Positions 8,311 through 15,397 of a DNA stretch of 32,000 nt are shown piece after piece. Source of the stretch: Edaphobacter aggregans (lineage in GTDB: Bacteria > Acidobacteriota > Terriglobia > Terriglobales > Acidobacteriaceae). The notes beneath the pieces were generated by a model. The model saw only the letters and a list, made by a program, of their open reading frames with translations, was not told where the DNA came from and searched no databases. Where the stretch lies: the NCBI RefSeq assembly GCF_003945235.1, contig NZ_RSDW01000001.1, positions 4,320,001 through 4,352,000 on the forward strand, read 5' to 3'. Within the stretch, counting starts at the first letter, position 1, and the number at the start of each line of letters is the position of its first letter. The position numbers and the translations under genes were made by a program.

Positions 8311-8648
8311 CTTAGCTTACGCAGCGCGCCGCGCATTCCAAACCACACCACCAGCGCTAAGAACTGCGCGTACAGGATCCATGCGGTTACTTGTACGGCA
8401 GGGGGGACGGCCATACCGTGCAGTGCGAAGGCGGCCAGCAGCGCTACTCCCAGCACTACCATGCAGATGACCATTGCCTTTCGGCCATAGTGCGTCGGCG
8501 TCAGGGCGATTGGTCGTCGCTCAGGAAGCTGGCTGGCGACACGAGCCGCGAAGTCAGCGGGGATCCGGACTGTGGGCCGGGTCTCCAGTGCGCGAATCAG
8601 ACGCTGTTCTATCTCGACGTCAGCGTCTGGCGTGTTCTCTTCGTTCAT
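8307..8648 (-). CDS. Putative membrane-anchored anti-sigma factor (no ZAS motif)
   Basis: It lies immediately downstream of the ECF sigma gene. ATG 8648 forms an ATGA overlap with the sigma stop; the ORF track starts 15 nt earlier at 8663. It has a cytoplasmic segment with IPADFAARVASQLP, typical of anti-sigma N-domains, followed by two TM helices. No HxxxCxxC motif is present. Confidence 0.55.
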   Translation of the reverse strand: MNEENTPDADVEIEQRLIRALETRPTVRIPADFAARVASQLPERRPIALTPTHYGRKAMVICMVVLGVALLAAFALHGMAVPPAVQVTAWILYAQFLALVVWFGMRGALRKLS

Positions 8649-9199
8649 CCATTCTTCGCGCATACTGGTCTCCTCTCCTGCGTGGCCTGCAGGGCCTCTC
8701 TCATCTTCTTGCGGCCGCGGTGCAGGTGCGTCCGTACCGTTCCGATCGGTAGGCCCAGCGCAAGAGATATCTGTTCGTAGGTGCGCTCCTCCTGATGATA
8801 GAGAACGATTACTGCGCGCTCTACCTGGCTGAGCTTCCGTAACTGCTCTTCTACGTCCTGCTGAAACTCACGCTCCTCAATCTGCTCGGCGGCGTTGCGG
8901 CTTGGGTGCTCGAGACGGTCTTCCCAGCCTGACATCTCGTCAGAGATCGAAATCAGCGACTTTGTATCCCGGCGACGGCGCTTCCACTCGTTCTGGGCGA
9001 CGTTCACCGTGATTCGATAGAGGTACGTCGACAGCAACGACTCTCCGCGGAAGCTTGGCAGCGAGCGATACAGGCGTAGAAACACCTCCTGGGCCAGATC
9101 GTCGAGGTGTTCGCGGCTCCCGGTCATTCGCATGAGCGTACCAAAGACCATTGACTGATGGTCACGCACGATCTGCTCGAAGGTGAAATCAGTATCCAA
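8645..9199 (-). CDS. ECF-family RNA polymerase sigma-70 factor
   Basis: Region 2 is DLAQEVFLRLYRSLPSFRGES...YLYRITVNVAQNEW. The region 4 HTH is YEQISLALGLPIGTVRTHLHRGRKKM. The only start upstream of region 2 is TTG 9199. An in-frame TAA lies inside the promoter -10 motif just upstream. Alternatives are GTG 9169 and ATG 9151. Confidence 0.9.
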   Translation of the reverse strand: MDTDFTFEQIVRDHQSMVFGTLMRMTGSREHLDDLAQEVFLRLYRSLPSFRGESLLSTYLYRITVNVAQNEWKRRRRDTKSLISISDEMSGWEDRLEHPSRNAAEQIEEREFQQDVEEQLRKLSQVERAVIVLYHQEERTYEQISLALGLPIGTVRTHLHRGRKKMREALQATQERRPVCAKNG

Positions 9200-9204
9200 G
9201 CCAG

Positions 9205-9234
9205 GTTAGACAATACCCTTCGCCGAAAGTTTCA
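9205..9234 (-). promoter_or_regulatory. ECF-type promoter candidate for the sigma/anti-sigma operon
   Basis: The minus strand reads TGAAACTTT-N14-GTCTAAC (-35 at 9234..9229, -10 at 9211..9205). It is identical in all 16 specified positions and in spacing to the plus-strand motif 10 bp away. The AAC-containing -35 and GTC-containing -10 fit general ECF promoter architecture. Confidence 0.6.
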
Positions 9235-9244
9235 TGCACCTGAG

Positions 9245-9274
9245 TGAAACTTTGCAAGGGTGCCGAAGTCTAAC
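9245..9274 (+). promoter_or_regulatory. ECF-type promoter candidate for the divergent membrane-protein gene
   Basis: The plus strand reads TGAAACTTT-N14-GTCTAAC (-35 at 9245..9250, -10 at 9268..9274). It lies about 25 nt upstream of ATG 9300, with SD GGGAGG at 9286-9291. Confidence 0.6.
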
Positions 9275-9299
9275 GCGGGCAGAAAGGGAGGTAAACACC

Positions 9300-9758
9300 A
9301 TGGAAGTATTCACCACACCATTTATCGTGCCGCTGGGGGCGTTTGCCGTGGCCATTGTCGCGGTTGTTGCGGGTATCTGGTCGCAGGCTCATGCGGTTCG
9401 GGTCAAGGCAGAGCAGCGTATCGCTATGCTTGCGCGCGGCATGTCCGTAGCGGAAATTGAGCAGTTGCTTGGCTCTGGCCAGGAGGAGAAGAAGGCTCCT
9501 AAAGATCCGCTTCGCAGTCTCAGTAATGCACGTCGCGCCGGTATTGTTCTGGTTTCCACAGGCGTTGGCCTTCTGTTTTTCTTCTTCGCGCTCACGGCCA
9601 TTATTGGGGAGCGTGCGATTCTTTCCGGGGCTGCTGCTGGGCTTATCCCGCTGGCTATTGGGATCGGCTTTTTTATCGACTACAACCTTCAGAAGCGCGA
9701 GCTATCGCGCTTCGGGTTGGAGGTCGATGCCGAGTTGCCGAACGTGCATGGGAGGTAG
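9300..9758 (+). CDS. Three-TM membrane protein (DUF6249-like, tentative), probable ECF-regulon member
   Basis: The ORF track starts at 9234, but ATG 9300 has a strong SD (AAGGGAGGTAAACACC-ATG). The layout is TM1 (FIVPLGAFAVAIVAVVAGIW), an amphipathic RIAMLARGMSVAEIEQLL segment, then two further TMs. The family name is from memory and unverified. Confidence 0.6.
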   Translation: MEVFTTPFIVPLGAFAVAIVAVVAGIWSQAHAVRVKAEQRIAMLARGMSVAEIEQLLGSGQEEKKAPKDPLRSLSNARRAGIVLVSTGVGLLFFFFALTAIIGERAILSGAAAGLIPLAIGIGFFIDYNLQKRELSRFGLEVDAELPNVHGR

Positions 9759-10101
9759 AGCTCATTGGAGGCTCCCTCCCCACGGGTACTTCTTTGTTCC
9801 AAAGTCTTCATTATGGATGGGTTAAGTCTGGACTTCGGCTGGTTTGAACCTGCTTCCGAGAGTTTTAGGCGTAAAGTATTGCTTCTGCAATTATTTAGCG
9901 GCAAAGTATTCATTCCAAAAGAGATGTTCTTAGCGGCCGTATTCTCTCTTTAGTCTGTATATCCAGTTTAGCGAATTGGATGGAATTATTGCGCCACGGC
10001 GATATCATTTAGTTACAGTAAGATGCGCGATTTTTGGGGTTGACAAGAAAAATTGGTATTGGCTGGGACGAAGCTTCGGCGGAGAAGCGGGTTTCTCCGT
10101 T

Positions 10102-10298
10102 ATGCAGTTCGCAAAGGCTGCTCCGATCGAAATGACAGGTTTGGGATGGCAAAGACAGAAGCAGATCCCTTCCGGGGATGACAATTAAAAGGCAACGGCA
10201 AGAACAACAAAGGCTGCGGCAACAGCAAAGGCTGCGACAACCACAATTGCTGCGGCAACGACAATTGCTTCGGCGACAACAATGGCTACGGCAATCAA
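10102..10298 (+). repeat. Dispersed short repeat, copy A (conserved core plus expanded tandem tract)
   Basis: It shares with copy B (17291-17409) the start ATGCAGT, a ~36-nt core (A: GGCAAAGACAGAAGCAGATCCCTTCCGGGGATGACAA, 10148-10184) and the end CAACAATGG(C)TACGG(C/T)AAT. About 80% identity in the core by eye. Confidence 0.7.
10209..10298. repeat. Tandem repeat, 5 units of 18 bp
   Basis: The units are AAAGGCTGCGGCAACAGC / AAAGGCTGCGACAACCAC / AATTGCTGCGGCAACGAC / AATTGCTTCGGCGACAAC / AATGGCTACGGCAATCAA. A degenerate unit lies at 10188-10205. There are no stop codons in any of the six frames across the tract. Confidence 0.9.
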
Positions 10299-10310
10299 AC
10301 ACTAATCATC

Positions 10311-10362
10311 GTCTCTCGACCGAAGCAATGGACGGCCTTACCGTCCATTGCGCAGGAGAGAC
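10311..10362. other. Long imperfect hairpin (7 bp + internal loop + 11 bp, pentaloop)
   Basis: The outer stem is GTCTCTC (10311-10317) with GAGAGAC (10356-10362). The inner perfect stem is GCAATGGACGG (10325-10335) with CCGTCCATTGC (10341-10351), loop CCTTA. No adjacent T-run lies on either strand. Confidence 0.8.
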
Positions 10363-10481
10363 CCCCCGCATTTCGCCTTCGTCCTTGCTTTTGTTGTTTT
10401 CAACCGACAGCCGGACAGACTGAAGTCCAACCATAACAATAATAAAATCAATACTTTGGACATCAATGCAAGGGAGGGTGC

Positions 10482-10904
10482 CTAGGCTAACCGCTTCTTC
10501 AGAATGTCCCGAGCAATGGCATCCAGCACGCCATTCAGAAAATGGATCGACTCCGGAGCAGCATAACGCCGAGCGATCTCAAGGCTTTCATTGATGATGA
10601 TGGCCGCCGGAGTAGTCGGATAGCCAAGCATCTCCGCCACAGCCGCGCGGATCAGGTTGCGATCGACCACTGCCATCCGCTCGATGCGCCAGTTCTGCGC
10701 ATGAGCCTCGATCAACTCATCGATCTCCGGCTGCCGCGCCGTAGCAATCCGGTAGATGTCCTCGGCAAAACCGCGAGTATCGGCATCGATCTCGTCCCGC
10801 GAGGGCCAGAAGAGCTTGGCAACCTGTTCAGGAGACTGTTTCCCCAGATCGCCCTGGAAGAGCATCTGCATGGCGAGCTCGCGTGACTTACGTCGTGTCC
10901 CCAT
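10482..10904 (-). CDS. nusB: Transcription antitermination factor NusB
   Basis: 140 aa with NusB-family blocks (RELAMQMLFQ, RIERMAVVDRNLIRAAVAEML, IINESLEIARRY, FLNGVLD). There is a TAATG overlap with ribH at 10904. This is the classical ribH-nusB order. Confidence 0.9.
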   Translation of the reverse strand: MGTRRKSRELAMQMLFQGDLGKQSPEQVAKLFWPSRDEIDADTRGFAEDIYRIATARQPEIDELIEAHAQNWRIERMAVVDRNLIRAAVAEMLGYPTTPAAIIINESLEIARRYAAPESIHFLNGVLDAIARDILKKRLA

Positions 10905-11824
10905 TATTTGCTCCTCTGTTCTTTGCTACCTTGCTCCACAAGCTTGCGCCCGATCGACACCATCTCGATAGCAGCAATAGCCGCCTCGAGGCCCTTGTTG
11001 CCAGCCTTCACCCCGGCACGATCCAGCGCCTGCTCCAGCGTCTCGCACGTCAGCACCCCAAAGGCATGAGGAACCCCAGTCTCTTGCTGCGACTGCCCAA
11101 TTCCCCGCGCAACCTCTGTATAGATCGCCTCATAGTGAGCCGTCTCACCGCGCAGCAGACACCCAAGCGTGATGATGGCATCGAACCGCTTCGACTCAGC
11201 CAGCGTACGCGCCGCCGACGGAATCTCCCAGGCCCCCGGCACCCGAACAATTTCAACATCCCCCTTCACCGCACCGCTGCGATAAAGTCCATCCAGCGAA
11301 CCCTGCAACAAACGGTCCGTAATCACAGCGTTCCAGCGAGCCGTAACAATCGCAAAGCGCATTCCCACAGCGCTCAAGTCCCCTTCGATCGCAACCGGCT
11401 TGTTATGTAGCGGATTCTCCGACTGCCAGAACCCAAGCGTCAGACCCTCAGCAAGCTTCACCGTAAACAACCGCGAGTTCCAGTGGGTAAGCTCCGGCGA
11501 AGACAGCAGCGCCGCAACCTCCTCGCTCCGGTAGCTCCCAAGCATCCACTGCTGGACCGCCGCGTGGACGGCATCGAGACTCGTAACCTCAACCAGAAGA
11601 GGCGGCACAGCCGGCGGACGTCCCGTAACAAACTCGAGGGTGCCAAGCCGAGCGACCAGCGCAACGCCACGACCCTTATTGTCCTGCCAGCCCTTGCCCT
11701 GCTCAAAGCCAAGCGCCAGAAACAGGCTGTTCAGCTTGTCAAAAGTGTCAGACGAAGCGACAGCGCTGACCACCGTAATTCCCTTAATCATGTATTCGAT
11801 TGTATCGTCTGGAGTTGCAATCAA
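10904..11824 (-). CDS. ribH: 6,7-dimethyl-8-ribityllumazine synthase (RibH) fused to an N-terminal ~140-aa VOC/glyoxalase-like domain
   Basis: The C-terminal ~160 aa are collinear with RibH (VAIEGDLSAVGMRFAIVTARWN, VRVPGAWEIP, TLGCLLRGETAHYEAI, GVPHAFGVLTCET, AGNKGLEAA). The RibH N-terminal strand (IEGDL.AVG) is encoded upstream of the only internal ATG (11362). No stop separates it from the preceding 142 codons. Confidence 0.85.
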   Translation of the reverse strand: MIATPDDTIEYMIKGITVVSAVASSDTFDKLNSLFLALGFEQGKGWQDNKGRGVALVARLGTLEFVTGRPPAVPPLLVEVTSLDAVHAAVQQWMLGSYRSEEVAALLSSPELTHWNSRLFTVKLAEGLTLGFWQSENPLHNKPVAIEGDLSAVGMRFAIVTARWNAVITDRLLQGSLDGLYRSGAVKGDVEIVRVPGAWEIPSAARTLAESKRFDAIITLGCLLRGETAHYEAIYTEVARGIGQSQQETGVPHAFGVLTCETLEQALDRAGVKAGNKGLEAAIAAIEMVSIGRKLVEQGSKEQRSK

Positions 11825-11840
11825 GACCTGGGAGAAAGCA

Positions 11841-12623
11841 ATGAGCTACGAGACGCTGCTATACGGGGTGCAGGATCATATAGCGCTGGTAACACTGAAC
11901 CGCCCCAAGGTCCTGCACGCCCTCAACTCCGAGGTCTTCGACGAGCTGGAAACTGTCTTCCGCGCGCTCTCTGAAGACGCAGGCGTCCGTGTAGTCCTGC
12001 TGACCGGCTCCGGGGAAAAGGCCTTCGCAGCGGGCGCCGACATCAACGAGATCGCCGCAACCGACACCGCGACCGGAGCAGCCAAAGCCCGCCGCGGCCA
12101 AGCCGTCTTGCGGCTCATCGAGACATGCGGCAAACCAGTCATCGCACTCATCAACGGCTTCGCACTCGGCGGCGGTTGCGAGCTAGCCATGGCCTGCACC
12201 CTCCGCATAGCCAGCGAGACTGCGCGTCTAGGCCAACCCGAGGTCAAGCTTGGCCTGATCCCAGGCTACGGTGGCACCCAACGTCTCCCTCGCCTCGTAG
12301 GACAGCCAGCAGCCCTAAAACTCCTACTAACTGGAGAGATGATCGGAGCAGCCGAAGCCCTCCGCATCGGCCTCGTCGACGAAGTCGTTCCCGCCGCAAG
12401 GCTGCTGGGACGTGGCCATGAACTGGCCCGCAGCATCGCCACCATGGCCCCCCTGGCCGTGGCCGGATGCCTGGAGGCCGTCGACCGAGGCAGCGATCTG
12501 GACCTCGAAGCGGCACTGAATGTTGAGGCTCACATCTTTGGACGCCTTTGCGGCACAGAGGACAAAGCAGAAGGCACACGAGCCTTTCTAGAAAAGCGTC
12601 CCCCCACCTGGACCGGCAGATGA
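11841..12623 (+). CDS. Enoyl-CoA hydratase (crotonase family)
   Basis: ATG 11841 is preceded by GGAGA; the ORF track starts upstream at 11640, inside ribH antisense. Crotonase motifs are ALVTLNRPKVLHALN, GSGEKAFAAGADI, INGFALGGGCELAMAC, GQPEVKLGLIPGYGGTQRL. Confidence 0.85.
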   Translation: MSYETLLYGVQDHIALVTLNRPKVLHALNSEVFDELETVFRALSEDAGVRVVLLTGSGEKAFAAGADINEIAATDTATGAAKARRGQAVLRLIETCGKPVIALINGFALGGGCELAMACTLRIASETARLGQPEVKLGLIPGYGGTQRLPRLVGQPAALKLLLTGEMIGAAEALRIGLVDEVVPAARLLGRGHELARSIATMAPLAVAGCLEAVDRGSDLDLEAALNVEAHIFGRLCGTEDKAEGTRAFLEKRPPTWTGR

Positions 12624-13276
12624 AGACGGAATCTAAAAACACAGCACCAAGACAATCTTTCAGGCAATTTTGCTGCGATCGGGCCTTTCTGAGCACCATC
12701 CGGCTTGGTATGCTGATATTCGTGCGTAGCCCCCGATTCATCCTCCAGCGAACTGCCGTCTTTACCGTCCCTGCCCTTCTTCTGCCTCTGCTCGCCGGCG
12801 GCTGTGCCCGCACCGCATCGCCAAGCACCGCATCGACACAGGCGGCACAACAGCAGGAGATCGAGGCCGCCCGTCAGCAGCTTGAACTCATCCCGCCGCC
12901 CTCGAAGACCCGCTACATGGCCGTGAAGAGCCTCTCCACCTGGGAGAATCCCTACCTGACCGTCCAGGGCGGCATGGTCACGCTGCATGTCGTCACCGCA
13001 GACACAAACACCACCACTTTAGGAGTGGGAACCATGCTGCGGCCGCTAGGCGCACGCCGACACGATCTGAACGTGAGACTAAGCGAATTGACCACCGCCC
13101 TGAACGCCGTGCCCGAGAGCTCATGGCCCTACGGCCGCGTCGTAGCGATCGAAGAGGCCCACGAAGTCCCCGTAAGCGCACGCCCCGAGGTTCGCCGCAA
13201 CATGGAGACGGTCATCAAGACCCTCAACGACCTCGGTATCGTCGTCTACGAGTGGAACGAGACCGGCCGCAGCTAA
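12620..13276 (+). CDS. Putative lipoprotein, function unknown
   Basis: ATG 12620 forms an ATGA overlap with the hydratase stop. An alternative start is ATG 12710 (MLIFVRSPRF...). There is a signal-like segment ending LLPLLAGGC (lipobox-like). No family was recognised. Confidence 0.55.
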   Translation: MKTESKNTAPRQSFRQFCCDRAFLSTIRLGMLIFVRSPRFILQRTAVFTVPALLLPLLAGGCARTASPSTASTQAAQQQEIEAARQQLELIPPPSKTRYMAVKSLSTWENPYLTVQGGMVTLHVVTADTNTTTLGVGTMLRPLGARRHDLNVRLSELTTALNAVPESSWPYGRVVAIEEAHEVPVSARPEVRRNMETVIKTLNDLGIVVYEWNETGRS

Positions 13277-13344
13277 CGGATCGCTCCTGCCCATCTGCGG
13301 TACGATGAAATCCTAACCAGCAAATCTCTGATCCAGGTGAGCGA

Positions 13345-14859
13345 TTGCATACAACGGCGCTGCTGATCTTCTGCTTCTTCTTTCTCCTGGTAACGTTCGC
13401 CGGATTCTGGGCGGCCCGATGGCGCAGACCAGCCTCAGGCATGGGATCACTTGAAGAGTGGGGCCTGGCTGGCCGCAGCTTCGGCACCTGGATCACCTGG
13501 TTCCTGATCGGCGGCGATCTCTACACTGCCTACACCGTCATCGCCGTCCCCGCAGCGCTCTATGGAGCCGGAGCCATAGGCTTCTTCGCCGTACCGTACG
13601 CAATCATCGCCTATCCCTACATGATGCTCGTGCTGCCCCGCCTCTGGACGGTCTGTCACCGCCACGGCTACGTCACCTTTGCAGACTTCATCTCCGGCCG
13701 TTACGGCAACCGCTGGCTCACGGTAGCAATCGCCCTCACCGGCGTCCTCGCGCTGATGCCCTACATCGCCCTGCAACTAGTCGGCATTCGCGTCGTTATC
13801 AGCTCCATCGGCATCCAGGGCGAGTGGCCCCTCGCCACAGCCTTCATCATCCTCGCCGCCTACACCTACTCGAGCGGCCTGCGCGCCCCCGCAGTCATCG
13901 CCATCGTCAAGGACGTGATGCTCTACATCATGGTCCTCGCCGCGCTCATCATCATTCCCATCAAGCTCGGTGGCTACGCTCGCATCTTCGAACTAGCCAA
14001 CCAATCCCTCGCCGCCCACACTCCACCGGCGACGATCTTTCTCCGCAGAGGACAATTCCTCGGCTACTCCACACTGGCAATCGGCTCGGCAATCGCCTTG
14101 ATGCTCTACCCCCACACGGCCACGGCAGTTCTCAGCGCAAAGAACGCCAACGTCGTCCGGCGCAACGCCGCAATGTTACCCGCCTACAGCTTTCTCCTCG
14201 GCCTGATCGCCCTGCTCGGCTACCTCGCTCTTGCCGCCGGAGTCGCCACCAAGGACACCAGCGCCGCCGTCCCCCTCCTCTTCCTCAAGATGTTCCCCGA
14301 GTGGTTCGCCGGATTCTGCCTCGCAGCCATAGCCATCGGAGCCCTCGTCCCTGCGGCGATCATGTCCATCGCAGCCTCCAATCTCTTCACCCGAAACCTC
14401 TACGGCGCATTCGTCCGCAAGAAGATGACCCCGCAGCAGGAATCCAGCATGGCGAAGGTAGTCTCGCTCGTAGTGAAGTTCGGAGCCCTCGTCTTCGTCC
14501 TGTGGCTACCCACCCCCTACGCCATCGAAATGCAACTCCTAGGCGGCATTTGGATCGGCCAGATGTTCCCCTCGGTCGTGATCGGCGTCTTCACGCGCTG
14601 GTTCCACCCGTGGGCGCTCGTCGCCGGCTGGGCTGCAGGCTTGGCAAGCGGAACAGCAATGGCATTCTCCCTGGGCCTCAAGAGCTCCGTCTATTCCCTG
14701 CACCTTCCCCTCGCTCTCGGCGGCACCTACGCAATGTACGCAGCAGTTCCTGCTCTATTGCTGAACCTGCTGGTCTCGGTCGTGCTGACACTGATCTTCC
14801 GTCTGACAAAGATCGACCCCGGCACGGACGTCACAGATGCTTCCGCCTACATCGGATAA
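13345..14859 (+). CDS. Sodium:solute symporter (SSS) family transporter
   Basis: 504 aa with about 13 hydrophobic helices and an SSS-like N-terminus (LLVTFAGFWAARWRR, GRSFGTWITWFLIGGDLYTAYT). TTG start. Substrate is unknown. Confidence 0.8.
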   Translation: MHTTALLIFCFFFLLVTFAGFWAARWRRPASGMGSLEEWGLAGRSFGTWITWFLIGGDLYTAYTVIAVPAALYGAGAIGFFAVPYAIIAYPYMMLVLPRLWTVCHRHGYVTFADFISGRYGNRWLTVAIALTGVLALMPYIALQLVGIRVVISSIGIQGEWPLATAFIILAAYTYSSGLRAPAVIAIVKDVMLYIMVLAALIIIPIKLGGYARIFELANQSLAAHTPPATIFLRRGQFLGYSTLAIGSAIALMLYPHTATAVLSAKNANVVRRNAAMLPAYSFLLGLIALLGYLALAAGVATKDTSAAVPLLFLKMFPEWFAGFCLAAIAIGALVPAAIMSIAASNLFTRNLYGAFVRKKMTPQQESSMAKVVSLVVKFGALVFVLWLPTPYAIEMQLLGGIWIGQMFPSVVIGVFTRWFHPWALVAGWAAGLASGTAMAFSLGLKSSVYSLHLPLALGGTYAMYAAVPALLLNLLVSVVLTLIFRLTKIDPGTDVTDASAYIG

Positions 14860-14923
14860 GCTTCAATCATGTGACACAGCCCCACCGTACTTACGCGCAT
14901 CCTAAGCTTGAGACGAGGTACCT

Positions 14924-15397
14924 GTGAACAAAACCAAGAAGGTGCGGACAAAATCGCTGGCAAAAGGTCTAGTGGCTGGTCTGATCGGCGGTCTGATAGC
15001 CACAGCGGCCAAGAAAACGGTCGAGCGGGTCTACCCGCCACGGCCACACGGCGACCCCGACCCCTCTACCCTACTGGCTGAAAAAGCTGGCCGCGGACTG
15101 TCCCCGAGGCAAAAAGCAATTGCCAAAGAAGCCGCCCACTGGGGCTTCGGCGCAGCAACCGGAGCAGCCTACGGCGCAGCCGTCGAGTACTTCCCCGCCG
15201 CAGCAGGCAAAGACGGCGCAAACTTCGGCATGGCCCTCATGACGCTCACGCACGAAGGGGCTCTCCCAGCGCTCGGCTTGGTACACCGCCCCGCCAAGCA
15301 AACCATTCGCGAGCGCACCAGCGAAATGACCTCGCACGTAATCTTCGGCGTCGTCACCGAAACCGTACGCCGGGTCGTTCGTCGAGTCCTGCGTTAA
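14924..15397 (+). CDS. DUF1440/YagU-like small membrane protein (tentative)
   Basis: GTG start with GAGG upstream. The N-terminal KGLVAGLIGGLIATAAKKTVERVYPPR resembles the YagU-family N-terminus, recalled from memory. It has a Gly/Ala-rich hydrophobic core. Confidence 0.5.
   Translation: MNKTKKVRTKSLAKGLVAGLIGGLIATAAKKTVERVYPPRPHGDPDPSTLLAEKAGRGLSPRQKAIAKEAAHWGFGAATGAAYGAAVEYFPAAAGKDGANFGMALMTLTHEGALPALGLVHRPAKQTIRERTSEMTSHVIFGVVTETVRRVVRRVLR

Noticed and set aside
10188-10298. A possible CRISPR array.
   Set aside because: The repeats are directly tandem 18-mers with no intervening unique spacers, and there are no cas genes in the window.
9765-10423. Short ORFs in the 9.76-10.48 kb gap: 9765-9953, 9976-10188 and 10178-10423 on the plus strand, and 10009-10302 and 10100-10282 on the minus strand.
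   Set aside because: They are either in the 43% GC island with non-ATG starts and no SD, or are read-throughs of the tandem repeat, which is open in all six frames. The two repeat copies are read in different frames, arguing against protein coding.
13458-14927. A 489-aa ORF in an alternative frame on the same strand as the SSS transporter.
   Set aside because: The translation is extremely Arg/Pro/His-rich (RRRSLHCLHRHRRPRS...). It has no hydrophobic core and no motifs. The overlapping frame encodes a clean 13-helix transporter, so this is a GC-rich frame artefact.
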